From: Candidatus Kapaibacterium sp.
GTDB taxonomy: Bacteria > Bacteroidota > Ignavibacteria > Kapaibacteriales > UBA4661
DNA length: 64,000 nucleotides
Assembly: GCA_004292595.1 (NCBI GenBank)
Contig: RDXM01000119.1
Coordinates: forward strand, 1,270 to 65,269
Direction of reading: 5' to 3'
Shown: positions 35,568 through 45,647 of the stretch, piece after piece
How positions within the stretch are numbered: position 1 is the first letter of the stretch
Layout of the letters: each line of letters starts with the position of its first letter
The notes under the pieces: generated by a model
Seen by the model: the letters and a program-made list of their open reading frames with translations, nothing else
Database searches by the model: none
What the model was told of the DNA's origin: nothing
Made by a program: the position numbers and the translations under genes

Positions 35568-36545
35568 TCAAACATGACGCTCTGCGTGGTACGACGAGCG
35601 CACAAGCGGACCCGATTCAACAAGGTTAAAGCCCATTTCTTCGCCAATGTGCTTTAATTCTGCAAACTCGTCGGGATGCACAAAGCGCTCAACGGGCAAA
35701 TGCCCTTTTGTGGGCTGAAGATATTGCCCCAGTGTGAGGATATCTACCTTAATCGCGCATAAATCCTGCATGACGGTTAATAATTCCTCGCGCGTTTCGC
35801 CCAAACCCAGCATGATTCCTGTTTTGGTGCGCATTCCTTGTTTTTTTGCTTCTTCCAAGACCGCCAGCGTCCAAGGATATTTCGCTTGCGGACGCACACG
35901 GCGATATAAGCGCGGAACGGTTTCGGTGTTATGATTCAACACGTCAGGGCGAGCATCAATAATGCGCTGGAGCGATTCCATTTTTCCTTTGAAATCGGGA
36001 ATCAATACTTCAATCGTAATGCCTGGATTTACTTCGCGCACGGCAAAAATCGTCTCGGCAAAAATTCCAGAGCCGCCATCGGGCAATTCGTCCCGATTCA
36101 CCGACGTAATGACCGCGTGTTTCAAATTCATTGACTGCACTGCTTCTGCCACACGGCGCGGTTCTTCTTTGTCCAAGACAAGCGGGCGACCCGTTTTGAC
36201 TGCACAAAAACCGCACGAGCGCGTACACGTATCGCCCAGAATCATAAACGTTGCCGTGCCTGCGTTCCAGCACTCGCTGATATTCGGGCAACGCGCTTCC
36301 TCGCACACGGTGTGAAGCGTTTTTGAGCGCATCATCGTTTTGACGTTGGCGTAGGTTTCTCCGCCCGGAGCGCGTACTTTTAGCCATTCAGGACGGCGTT
36401 CCACCTCGCTCTTGAGTGCTGACGCGCTTTCTGGCGTTTCCACATCCGCACTGTTGTTGGTCGTATCGGAAGAAATTGTTGCAATATTTTCAACATCAAC
36501 TGAGGGCTGAATACGCTGAAATCCCAGTATTGGTGAGCTTTCCAT
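35568..36545 (-). CDS. lipA: lipoyl synthase
   Basis: [12 protein letters not shown] and radical-SAM CTRSCGFC clusters. Confidence 0.95.
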   Translation of the reverse strand: MESSPILGFQRIQPSVDVENIATISSDTTNNSADVETPESASALKSEVERRPEWLKVRAPGGETYANVKTMMRSKTLHTVCEEARCPNISECWNAGTATFMILGDTCTRSCGFCAVKTGRPLVLDKEEPRRVAEAVQSMNLKHAVITSVNRDELPDGGSGIFAETIFAVREVNPGITIEVLIPDFKGKMESLQRIIDARPDVLNHNTETVPRLYRRVRPQAKYPWTLAVLEEAKKQGMRTKTGIMLGLGETREELLTVMQDLCAIKVDILTLGQYLQPTKGHLPVERFVHPDEFAELKHIGEEMGFNLVESGPLVRSSYHAERHV

Positions 36546-36693
36546 AGAGAAAAAGGTAATGGTGAATGAGCAAAATCACGCTTGAGGGCAATAATTCTTG
36601 GTTAGGAAGAACGAGATTCCAAAAATACGGAATTTCCCACCCAGACAAAATTGCTGTGCTAAGATGCTCCAAATGCAGGAATTACGGGCTTGC

Positions 36694-37392
36694 TTACGTT
36701 GCACTTTCTTGGCTTGCACCGACATCTTCCAGCCCGTGCATCGGAATCATTTTCACAAGTTTCGCTTCCACAAGGAAAATCACATTTTCGCAAATGTTTG
36801 TGGCTTGGTCTGCCATGCGCTCTAAATTCCGCAAGACCATGAGCATCCCAACGCAAGCATCTATCGCATTTACATCGGTTTTCATGTACGCGACCGTTGC
36901 ATGAAAAATATCTCTCGTCATGGCATCAATCTGGTTGTCGGTGCGCATGATTTGGTAGGCGAGTTCGGGGTCGTTATTTACGAAAGCATCTAAGCTACCT
37001 TTCACCATCGTATGTACCCCATGCGTCAGACGCTGAAGCTGCATCTGCTCGGCAATGCGCGGCAAATCGGGCTGTTCAAGCACATTCCGCGCAACGTTGT
37101 AGGCAAGGTCGCCCGTGCGTTCTAGCTCGTTGTTGATTTTCAGCGCAGCGAGCAACAGCCGTAAATCGCTCGCCACTGGCTGATGCAGGGCAAAAATTCT
37201 CTGGCATTGTTTATCAATTTTCATGTCCAATTTATCAACTTTATCATCGCGATCCATGACCAGTTGTGCAACTTCGCGGCTGCCATCCAGCGTGGCACGC
37301 AGAGCGTATTCTACCTGCTCTTCAACAATACTCCCCATGCGAATAAGCCGTGTACGCAGCTTGTCGAGGTTATCTTCAAAGGAACGGTGCAT
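36694..37392 (-). CDS. phoU: phosphate signalling regulator PhoU
   Basis: Two PhoU repeats (E..D..ID motifs). ATG at 37392. No pst genes are adjacent. Confidence 0.88.
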   Translation of the reverse strand: MHRSFEDNLDKLRTRLIRMGSIVEEQVEYALRATLDGSREVAQLVMDRDDKVDKLDMKIDKQCQRIFALHQPVASDLRLLLAALKINNELERTGDLAYNVARNVLEQPDLPRIAEQMQLQRLTHGVHTMVKGSLDAFVNNDPELAYQIMRTDNQIDAMTRDIFHATVAYMKTDVNAIDACVGMLMVLRNLERMADQATNICENVIFLVEAKLVKMIPMHGLEDVGASQESAT

Positions 37393-37505
37393 AATTGTGT
37401 GCCGATTGAGTGTGGAAGAATGAATGTTTGGGAGATTGAATACAAACAATCCGTACAACCTTTGTACACGATAAAACCTGTGTAAAGCGCGTCAAACCAG
37501 CCTTC

Positions 37506-37583
37506 AGTGGCACAGACATTCTTGTCTGTGTTTGTCGTCTGAAACCTGCACTAATACTCACAGACAAGAATGTCTGTGCCACT
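37506..37583. repeat. family A palindromic element (A-5), 78 bp, near-perfect 24-bp arms
   Basis: AGTGGCACAGACATTCTTGTCTGTG-N28-CACAGACAAGAATGTCTGTGCCACT. Confidence 0.9.
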
Positions 37584-37754
37584 ATGAAAAAAGTTTTGTC
37601 GTGTACAGAGCCGTACAACATACAAGTAGCGAAAATACTGCTTCTCGAACGGATTTCCTTACAAAAACACCGACGTTCCAGAGCAAGGTGTGTAAACTTT
37701 TCGTAAACTATCCACATTCCTTCAGCTTTCATATTTCAGCCTTCATCCTGCGCT

Positions 37755-38960
37755 TCACGTTCCCAAGCGCATGAACTGTTTTCCCGCCATTTGCCGCACC
37801 AAACCTCGAAACTCAAGCTGAAGCAAAAGAAAGAGCAAGTCCTGAACGGCATAGCCCGTGCGCTCGGCGATGGTTTCGATATGGATAGGGTCGCCAGAAA
37901 GTGCTTGATACACTTTCTTTTCGCCTTCATCCAGTTCCGATGCGGTGTTTGGCTGCTCTGCGCTTGTGAAATCCACGCCCAATGCTTGCAACATATCGTG
38001 CGGATGCAGTGTCAATCGGGCTTCGGAGCGTTGGATGAGCATATTCGCGCCTTTGCTGCGCTCGGAATAAATTCTGCCAGGAATCGCAAACAATTCACGG
38101 TTTTCATCGTGCGCAAAACGGGCTGTAATCAAGGAACCACCACGCTCGCCGCTTTCCACCACCAAAATAGCATTAGAAAGTCCAGTAATGATGCGGTTTC
38201 TGCGCGGAAAATATGCTCGCTGCGCCACAGTGCCGCATGGATACTCGCTCACAACCGCGCCGCGTTCATTGGAAATTTCTTTCGCTAATGATGCCGAAAT
38301 TTGCGGGCTAATTTTATCAATGCCACTCGCAATGACCGAAATTGTTACGCCGCCCGCTCGCAAACTTGCTTTGTGCGAAAAGGTGTCAATTCCAGTCGCC
38401 AAGCCGCTTACAACCGCTATGCCTGCTTCGGCAAAACACCGCGCGTACTGCTCGGCAGCCATGCGCCCGTAGTCGGTGCAGTGCCGTGTGCCGACGATGC
38501 CAATATGCAAAGGATTTGATTGTTCGGATTGCTCAGAACCGCCAGAGAGTGCGTCAATACTGCCTCGCACAAAGAGCAAACTCGGCGGATAAAAAATTTG
38601 TTTCAGCAGTTCGGGATAGCCTTCGCTCCAAAACGAAACAAGCTGCACATCCTCAAGGGCGCATACACGCTCTTGTTCGTGGGCTTGGCTCATTAGTTCA
38701 TCGTACACACTTGAAAGGGAGCGGAGTTTGGGGGAATAGCTTTGTTCGGTATCGGTAAAAAGCTCATTTTGCGGAATTGCGGATACATCAGGAAGCGCGA
38801 GGGATGCAACGTGGTCGAGGATTTTTGCTTTGCGCACTTCAGGCGGCGCAGCGTGCAGCAATGCGGTCAGCGAGGCGTATTCATCCACAAAGCGGCGCAA
38901 ATCCACCGAGCGCATTTTAGGAACAAGCGACAATGCAAGAATTTCCGATTGCGACCACAT
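37755..38960 (-). CDS. dprA: DNA-processing protein DprA
   Basis: GIVGTRHCTDYG and GLATGIDTFSHKASL Rossmann-like core, plus a C-terminal winged-helix-like tail. Confidence 0.88.
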   Translation of the reverse strand: MWSQSEILALSLVPKMRSVDLRRFVDEYASLTALLHAAPPEVRKAKILDHVASLALPDVSAIPQNELFTDTEQSYSPKLRSLSSVYDELMSQAHEQERVCALEDVQLVSFWSEGYPELLKQIFYPPSLLFVRGSIDALSGGSEQSEQSNPLHIGIVGTRHCTDYGRMAAEQYARCFAEAGIAVVSGLATGIDTFSHKASLRAGGVTISVIASGIDKISPQISASLAKEISNERGAVVSEYPCGTVAQRAYFPRRNRIITGLSNAILVVESGERGGSLITARFAHDENRELFAIPGRIYSERSKGANMLIQRSEARLTLHPHDMLQALGVDFTSAEQPNTASELDEGEKKVYQALSGDPIHIETIAERTGYAVQDLLFLLLQLEFRGLVRQMAGKQFMRLGT

Positions 38961-39027
38961 GAGCGGAGAGAAAGAGTAAAAAGATTTCTTGGAGCTATAT
39001 TTTTAAGAGAGATCTCTCAAAACAAAA

Positions 39028-39105
39028 AGTGGCACAGACATTCCTGTCTGTGTTCTCCACCTGAAAACTGCACTAACACTCACAGACAAGAATGTCTGTG
39101 CCACT
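39028..39105. repeat. family A palindromic element (A-6)
   Basis: AGTGGCACAGACATTCCTGTCTGTG...CACAGACAAGAATGTCTGTGCCACT. It lies 34 nt downstream of the carboxyltransferase stop. Confidence 0.9.
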
Positions 39106-39138
39106 ATTGAAGAAAAACAAGCGCGAACCGAGATTCCA

Positions 39139-40803
39139 TCACACTTGCAGAACACCCGATTTCCACTCAGGAAAATCCTTATTATGCGAGGCAACAGCCA
39201 GCGAGCGCGAGACCACTTCACGAATCGCCGTTGGCGGAATGATGCCATCCACCCACAAACGCGCTGCGCCGTAGATTGGGTGCATCGTTTCCTCGTATTT
39301 GCCTTGAATTTCCTTCAGCATTTTTGTTTGCTCGTCTGTACTCAGCTTCTTTCCTTGCTTCTCAAGCGATGCAGTGCGAATAGTGAGCAACGTTTTCGAG
39401 GCTTGCGCTCCGCCCATGACGGCAATTTTCGCCGTCGGCAGACTGAAGATAAAACGCGGGTCGTATGCTTTGCCACACATGGCGTAGTTGCCCGCTCCGT
39501 AGCTATTTCCAAGAATAAACGTGAGTTTTGGAACAATCGAATTTGCAACCGCATTCACCATTTTCGCGCCGTCCTTGATGATGCCGCCTTGTTCGGCGCG
39601 TGTTCCCACGATAAAGCCCGTTACGTCTTGCAAAAAAACGAGCGGAATTTTGCGCTGATTGCAATTCATAATGAACCGCGCCGCTTTGTCGGCACTGTCG
39701 GAATAAATCACGCCGCCCACCTGAATTTCGCCCTTGCCAGACTTCGTAATAGCGCGGTTATTCGCCACAATGCCCACCGCCCAGCCGTCAATCCGCGCAT
39801 AGCCGCACAAAATGGTCTTTCCGTAGTCGGCTTTGTATTCATCAAAAGCGGAATCGTCCACGATGCGGGCAATAACTTCGTAGGTGTTGTAGGGTTTTGT
39901 GCGCTCAGAGGGAATCACGCCCCACAGCTCGTCGCTATCGAACTTTGGCGGCTTTGAAACTTCGCGGGAAAAGACATTTTTCTGCCCTTTTTCTGGTGAA
40001 AATTTCTCCACCAATGAGCGAATAACACGGAGGCATTCTTCATCGTCTTTCACTTTGTAATCCACCACGCCACTAATGGTGCTGTGCATGACCGCGCCAC
40101 CAAGCGGCTCAATCGTTGTTTTCTCGCCGATAGCGGCTTCCACAAGCGCGGGACCTGCTAAAAATAAGCTCCCTTGACCTTCCACAATAAGTGCCTCATC
40201 GCTCATAATGGGCAAGTACGCGCCGCCCGCCACGCAGGGACCCATAATTGCTGCAATCTGCGGCACACCAAGCGCGGAAAGCTGTGCATTATTGCGGAAT
40301 TGCCGTCCGAAGTGTTCTTTGTCTGGGAAAATTTCGTCTTGCATCGGCAGAAAAACGCCCGCCGAATCGACAAGGTAAATAATTGGCAAGCGGTTTTCTA
40401 ATGCGATTTCCTGCGCTCGCAGATTCTTTTTTGCCGTCATCGGAAACCACGCGCCTGCTTTCACGGTGGCATCGTTGGAGACAATCATACACTCGCGTCC
40501 GTGAATGATGCCAACGCCAGCAACTACGCCCGCCGAAGCTGCTCCGCCCACCTCGCTGTACATATCTTCAGCAGCAAATAAGCCAATTTCCAAAAAGTAC
40601 GATTCCGCATCCACAAGCGTGTAAATGCGCTCTCTGGCGGTGAGCTTGCCTTTTGCTTTGTGCTTTTCCAGCGCAGAGCGTCCGCCACCAAGTTTGGTGC
40701 GGTCTGCGCGTCCGTCAATCATGCGCCAGAGTTGTTTATTTGCATCCGCATTTTGCTCAAACACGAGGTCGTGTGCGATTTCTGAGCCAATCGTTGTTGC
40801 CAT
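39139..40803 (-). CDS. acyl-CoA carboxylase carboxyltransferase (beta) subunit, methylcrotonyl/propionyl-CoA type
   Basis: 554 aa. LGGGRSALEKHKAKGKLTARERI N-terminal motif and two crotonase-like CT halves. Confidence 0.9.
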   Translation of the reverse strand: MATTIGSEIAHDLVFEQNADANKQLWRMIDGRADRTKLGGGRSALEKHKAKGKLTARERIYTLVDAESYFLEIGLFAAEDMYSEVGGAASAGVVAGVGIIHGRECMIVSNDATVKAGAWFPMTAKKNLRAQEIALENRLPIIYLVDSAGVFLPMQDEIFPDKEHFGRQFRNNAQLSALGVPQIAAIMGPCVAGGAYLPIMSDEALIVEGQGSLFLAGPALVEAAIGEKTTIEPLGGAVMHSTISGVVDYKVKDDEECLRVIRSLVEKFSPEKGQKNVFSREVSKPPKFDSDELWGVIPSERTKPYNTYEVIARIVDDSAFDEYKADYGKTILCGYARIDGWAVGIVANNRAITKSGKGEIQVGGVIYSDSADKAARFIMNCNQRKIPLVFLQDVTGFIVGTRAEQGGIIKDGAKMVNAVANSIVPKLTFILGNSYGAGNYAMCGKAYDPRFIFSLPTAKIAVMGGAQASKTLLTIRTASLEKQGKKLSTDEQTKMLKEIQGKYEETMHPIYGAARLWVDGIIPPTAIREVVSRSLAVASHNKDFPEWKSGVLQV

Positions 40804-40864
40804 ATTCAGACCTTAAATTCGTCGTAATTTTTTGGAACACACAGAAATAAATATCACATTCAAT

Positions 40865-40956
40865 AGTGGCACAGACTTGAGGGCTTCCCTCAACTTGTCT
40901 GTGTTTATCGCCTGAAACCTGCACTAACACTCACAGACAAGAATATCTATGCCACT
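40865..40956. repeat. family A element (A-7) with an extended left hairpin
   Basis: The left module reads CACAGAC-TTGAGGG-cttc-CCTCAA-CTTGTCTGTG. The extra 7-bp stem replaces the usual TTCT loop. Confidence 0.85.
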
Positions 40957-40970
40957 GAAACCAGATTCAT

Positions 40971-41016
40971 ACTCAAAACTTAACACTCAAAACTTAACAC
41001 TCAAAACTCAACACTT
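40971..41016. repeat. tandem repeat, about 3.3 x 14 bp (ACTCAAAACTTAAC)
   Basis: Read directly. It is the reverse complement of the 14-bp units at 7855 and 10244. Confidence 0.85.
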
Positions 41017-41019
41017 CTT

Positions 41020-42300
41020 TTAATGCGCTTCCACCGTCGCACCCGCACCGATACTTGGGTCGTCGAAATTTGCTTCGCCTAACTCGCCTTCCCACCGTGC
41101 CATCACAGCCGAAGCCAAGCAATTTCCGACCAAATTGACCGAAGTACGTGCCATGTCCATAAACGCATCCACGCCCAGAATGATTGCAATTCCTTCCAGT
41201 GGCAAGCCGAATTGCACGAGCGTACCCGACAAAATGACCAAGGAAGCCCGCGCGACTGCTGCCACGCCTTTGCTGGTAATCATGAGTGAAAGCATCATCG
41301 TCATTTGCGTTGCAAAGGAAAGCTCGACATTTGCTGCCTGCGCGACGAAGAGTGCCGCCACAGCCAAGTACAAGGTCGAACCGTCGAGATTGAACGAGTA
41401 ACCTGTCGGAAGAACGAAGGAAACGATGCGCTGCGGTACGCCGAACTTCTGCATATTCTGCAAGGCAATCGGCAGCGCGGCTTCGCTGGAAGCGGTTGTA
41501 AAGGCGATGATTGCTGGGTCTTTCACGGCGCGGATGAAATTTTTCAAATTTAAGCGAGCAATGAGCGCAATCGGCACAAGAACAAACAAAATGAACACGA
41601 CAAGTGCGCCGTAGAGCGTGAGAACGAGCTTGCCCAGATTCCACAACACGCCCAAACCGCTTTGCCCAACAACATAGCCAATCGCAGCACCAATGCCGAT
41701 GGGCGCGTAGTTCATCACAATTCCCGTGAACTTGAACATCGTTTGCGACAAGCCTTCGCAGAAATGCAGAATCGTATCTTTTGCGGGACTAGGTTTTACC
41801 TGTGTGAGCGCGATTGCAAAAATCACCGCAAAAAAGACCACTTGCAACACCTCGTTATGCGCCGCCGCCTCGAAGAAACTTTGCGGAATCATATGCTCCA
41901 ACACGCCAGAGAAGGTGACTTGTGTGGCGTTCGAGGCGAATTCCTGTGCTTCGCTCGCAGGGCGCGTAAGTGCTATTCCTACGCCAGGCTGCACCAAGTG
42001 TGCTGCTCCCAAGCCGACAAAGAGCGCAACAGTCGTAACCAATTCAAAGTAAATGAACGAGCGTCCCGCCAAACGACCAATTTTCTTTACATCGTCGCCA
42101 TGACCAGCGATGCCGACCACAAGCGTCCCGAAAATCATCGGCGCGACGATAGATTTTATCATGCGCAGAAAGATGGTCGAGAAAATTTTAAGATTGATTG
42201 CTTCTTTTGGGAAGAATGCACCAAAGGCAATGCCGAGTATGAGGGCAATAAAAATCCACTGAACCAGCGAAATTCGGCGTAGAAAACTCCACATAAACAA
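41020..42300 (-). CDS. dicarboxylate/amino acid:cation symporter (DAACS, GltP-like)
   Basis: TASSEAALP and DAFMDMARTSVNLVGN motifs. About 8 TM helices plus hairpins. Confidence 0.9.
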   Translation of the reverse strand: MFMWSFLRRISLVQWIFIALILGIAFGAFFPKEAINLKIFSTIFLRMIKSIVAPMIFGTLVVGIAGHGDDVKKIGRLAGRSFIYFELVTTVALFVGLGAAHLVQPGVGIALTRPASEAQEFASNATQVTFSGVLEHMIPQSFFEAAAHNEVLQVVFFAVIFAIALTQVKPSPAKDTILHFCEGLSQTMFKFTGIVMNYAPIGIGAAIGYVVGQSGLGVLWNLGKLVLTLYGALVVFILFVLVPIALIARLNLKNFIRAVKDPAIIAFTTASSEAALPIALQNMQKFGVPQRIVSFVLPTGYSFNLDGSTLYLAVAALFVAQAANVELSFATQMTMMLSLMITSKGVAAVARASLVILSGTLVQFGLPLEGIAIILGVDAFMDMARTSVNLVGNCLASAVMARWEGELGEANFDDPSIGAGATVEAH

Positions 42301-42514
42301 TCCTTTGTGAGAAATCTTGGAGGGAAATTCTTCGTGAGAAATTGAGAAAAGAAAATACTACGAAAGGCGCAAAGCCTCTGAACACAAACCGCGAAAGATA
42401 CGCTAAATTCCACGTTTTTTACAAATGTTTCTTTGAAAGAATAGAAAAGTTCTCTCAAGAGTGCGTAGATACTTGATATTTAACGACTTTATATCATGCA
42501 AAAAAACATCAAGT

Positions 42515-42592
42515 AGTGGCACAGACATTCTTGTCTGTGAGTATTGGTGCGGGTTGCAGATAGGAAACACAGACAATAAGTCTCAAGCCACT
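42515..42592. repeat. family A palindromic element (A-8)
   Basis: AGTGGCACAGACATTCTTGTCTGTGAGTATTGGTGCGGG...CACAGACAATAAGTCTCAAGCCACT. It is the reverse orientation of A-2. Confidence 0.85.
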
Positions 42593-42638
42593 GAAGCCCA
42601 ATGTTATGAGGCGAATAAAGGTTCGTGAATACTAGTTT

Positions 42639-45596
42639 TTACGGCGTAATCGGCACAAGAACAAGCCGTTTCTCAAAGCTCGGATGCGCTTCGCGGCTCA
42701 TCGAAAGTGGAATCATCACGTTGTTGAGCCAAAGCGGAAGCTGATTAGAAGCGGCTTTGGTGAAAATTTCCCCGCTATTGCCGCCCGCCAGTGCCACATA
42801 GACAAGCGTGTCCTGCATATCGCAGACAAAGCGGGCTGTCGAGCCAAGCACAGGCTGGAAGCGGGTTTCGGGGCGTGCGCTCATTTGCCATTCGCTGCCA
42901 AAAAGCGTATGCGCATCGCCAGAAAGCTGATATTTCCTTGATTCGACGGCATTTTTGATGCTTTGGGGAACACTTGGGGAAAGCGATTCGCTGAGAGGAT
43001 GACGGAGCGTGAGCGTGTGCAGTTTTCCGTACTGCCAAGCAGCGACGGAATCAGTATTCATGCGGCGCAGAAGCACATCTATTGCTTCGGAATAACTTTG
43101 GCGCATAATCTCCGATGCAGTCTCTGTGCGGCTTGTCGCCTTGTTATCGAACCACCACGCATTTTTGCTCATGCTGCTGCTATCGGCATTTTCCTTTCTT
43201 GCTTCGGCGGTCAGATGGAGCATTGCTCGCACGGGAAGGCGCGATATTGCTGCAAATTGGTTGTACAATGCTTCGCCAAGCTCGTCAGCAAGGGTGTTGT
43301 AAGCGTAGCGTTCCAGAAAAACCGCGTAAATGCTTGCGGCTGCGGAGGTCGCACTCATTTCGCCATTCCATGCGCGGAGCAGTTTTACGCCTTCGCGCTC
43401 GCTTTGAAGGCGGAGTTGTGCGCTTGCAGAAGTCGTTGAAAATTCCTTCACAAGCTGGGCTGCAAACATTTGTGCAACGTGCGAGACCACATCGGTTTGC
43501 ATAATGGTCATATTTTTTGCCGATAAATGCTCAAAGTCTTGCAGATACTCGCTTGCGCGGGCAGCGCGGGCGGGCGCATCCCACAACAACGACGACGAAA
43601 TACGTCCGTCAGTGCCAGTGCCGCGCTGAAGATGATTATTTGCCGCAATCACGCGCCCCGATGTAGGATTGATGAGGCTTCCAAGCTCTTGTGCGTTGAT
43701 GACACCTGTGCCTTGCCATGCATCGTTTGTATCTGCGCCATTGCGAAAGAAATTTGGATGTGTGCTGCTTGCAGAGCGCACTGGTACTGCGCCGCAGGGC
43801 ATCATGGCGATATTTCCTTCGGTGTCGGCAAGGGCAACGTTCAGCGCAGGTGCGCCAATTGTTTGCAAGGCTGTCCGTGCTTCTGCAAGGTTTTGTGCCT
43901 TGTTCAGGCGCAAGTATGCGGCGGCATCATCGCTCATGTAGTGTCCTGTCCATGAAAAGGTGATGCACTGGTATCGAGGTTTTTGCTGCTGAAACAAGGT
44001 TTGAAGCGGTTTCTGAGAGATGTTTTGCACTGAATCATTCAGCAAGCGCACAACTTCGCCAGAGCGCAGCCTCACGCCACGCAAAAGCCCGCTTTGTAAA
44101 GTTGCAAAGTCCGAAACCACGCATGAACGCTTGGTGTAGCGGGCATCCAGTACGGCAATGCTGGAATCTTTCACGTAAATTGTATCGGCAATAAAGAAAA
44201 ATTTTTCCTTTCCAGCACCGCTCGCACTGCCGCCAAATGCCATGCTGGGCGTGAGATATTGCTTGAAGTCGGCGGAATCTATTGTTTCAAGAAAATAGTC
44301 GGTGTCGTCGAGCATCATATTTGCTATGCCCCATGAGCATTTATCGTTGCGCCCCGACAGCACAAAGGGCATTCCGGGCAGCGTAAAACCGACAACGTTC
44401 AGCGAAGGCGAGGTAATATGCGCTTCGTAGAACATTGCAGGATTGGAAAAAGGCGTGTGGAGGTCGTTTGCCAGCAGTGCGCCATGCTTGTAGCGGTCGG
44501 GCAGAAGGCGCGGCACGACGAGTGTTTGCGCCGTTGTGGTGTCGCGTAAGGTATCGGTTTCTTGGTGAAAGATGGCGGAAGGGCGCGTTGCCCATGTATT
44601 CGAGCCAATCGCTGAACCCCGCATCTGTACTGCTTCGCGGGTTGTGCGAATGCGCTGGGCGAGAGCGGAAATGCTGGTAGCGGAAATGCTGGTAGCGGAA
44701 ATGCTGGTAAATGCAGAAGATGTGAAAGGCGCATGAATACTGCGATTGCGCATACTTACTGTTCCTGCGCTCACGCTTGCCGTCGTGCTTGCTGGCGCGA
44801 GAGAATCAATGCTGGGAAGCGGCATCATTACAGGGTTTGCAGTATTGCCGCTCAAGCCAAACGACGCGGGTTTTGTAGGAAGAAGCGAATCCAAAACTGC
44901 TGGAGCGTAGTAGGCATCGCTGTTGTAGGGCGTATTGGCAGTGGTGGGAAGAAGTTGCAGGACGCGCTCTTTGCCGAGCGAATCGGCAAGCGCGGAGAGC
45001 GTAAGGTCGAGCGTGAACGCGCTACTCATTTCCCATGCCCAAAGACGCTGCAACAGCAAGCAATCTTCAGGCTTCCAAGCATCGGGTTCGTAGTCGAGCG
45101 CGTCAAATTCAAACGCTAAACGTCCTTTATTTGCCGTCAAGTACGCATTTACGCCGCGTGTGTATGCTTCCAGCGCAGCGCGGGCTTCGGGAGCAGTCTG
45201 GCGGTATAATTGCGCCGACAAGCTGTCGAAACGCATGGTGCGCAAGAACATATCATGCTCCAACAGAGAACGCCCAAACAAGGCTGCAAGCTGTCCCTTC
45301 GCCACGCGACGGCGAAAATCCATTTGCCAAAGGCGGTCTTGCGCGTGGGCGTAGCCGATGCCAAAGTACGCATCGTGGTCGTTTGTCGCAATCAGATGGA
45401 CAATGCCGTATTTATTGCGAAACAAGGAGACTTCGCCCTGAATACCGCTTACATCCTCGCTGCCGTTGGTTTTGGGTGCGGAGCGCGTCATCACAACAAA
45501 AGAGAACAGTGCGCCACACGCACACAAAACAAGAAGAACAAGCAAAATACCCACAACATGGCTCGGTGTGCGGCGTGCAAAGGAAAATCGCTTCAT
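42639..45596 (-). CDS. penicillin acylase-family Ntn hydrolase (985 aa, long S/T/A-rich spacer)
   Basis: FGIGYAHAQDRLWQMD in the alpha part and a GSNTWAT nucleophile motif at the start of the beta part. Confidence 0.85.
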   Translation of the reverse strand: MKRFSFARRTPSHVVGILLVLLVLCACGALFSFVVMTRSAPKTNGSEDVSGIQGEVSLFRNKYGIVHLIATNDHDAYFGIGYAHAQDRLWQMDFRRRVAKGQLAALFGRSLLEHDMFLRTMRFDSLSAQLYRQTAPEARAALEAYTRGVNAYLTANKGRLAFEFDALDYEPDAWKPEDCLLLQRLWAWEMSSAFTLDLTLSALADSLGKERVLQLLPTTANTPYNSDAYYAPAVLDSLLPTKPASFGLSGNTANPVMMPLPSIDSLAPASTTASVSAGTVSMRNRSIHAPFTSSAFTSISATSISATSISALAQRIRTTREAVQMRGSAIGSNTWATRPSAIFHQETDTLRDTTTAQTLVVPRLLPDRYKHGALLANDLHTPFSNPAMFYEAHITSPSLNVVGFTLPGMPFVLSGRNDKCSWGIANMMLDDTDYFLETIDSADFKQYLTPSMAFGGSASGAGKEKFFFIADTIYVKDSSIAVLDARYTKRSCVVSDFATLQSGLLRGVRLRSGEVVRLLNDSVQNISQKPLQTLFQQQKPRYQCITFSWTGHYMSDDAAAYLRLNKAQNLAEARTALQTIGAPALNVALADTEGNIAMMPCGAVPVRSASSTHPNFFRNGADTNDAWQGTGVINAQELGSLINPTSGRVIAANNHLQRGTGTDGRISSSLLWDAPARAARASEYLQDFEHLSAKNMTIMQTDVVSHVAQMFAAQLVKEFSTTSASAQLRLQSEREGVKLLRAWNGEMSATSAAASIYAVFLERYAYNTLADELGEALYNQFAAISRLPVRAMLHLTAEARKENADSSSMSKNAWWFDNKATSRTETASEIMRQSYSEAIDVLLRRMNTDSVAAWQYGKLHTLTLRHPLSESLSPSVPQSIKNAVESRKYQLSGDAHTLFGSEWQMSARPETRFQPVLGSTARFVCDMQDTLVYVALAGGNSGEIFTKAASNQLPLWLNNVMIPLSMSREAHPSFEKRLVLVPITP
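44665..44709 (-). repeat. 3 x 15-bp perfect in-frame tandem repeat (plus strand GCGGAAATGCTGGTA) encoding TSISATSISATSISA
   Basis: Read directly. It lies just upstream of the predicted autoprocessing Ser, i.e. in the spacer peptide. Confidence 0.9.
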
Positions 45597-45647
45597 ATAA
45601 AAAGATGGAGAATGGAGGGAATTTCAGAGGATGATGAAGGGATAACA

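Noticed and set aside
39145-39957. 270-aa plus-strand ORF antisense to the carboxyltransferase
   Set aside because: It is a shadow ORF opposite a strongly supported CDS.
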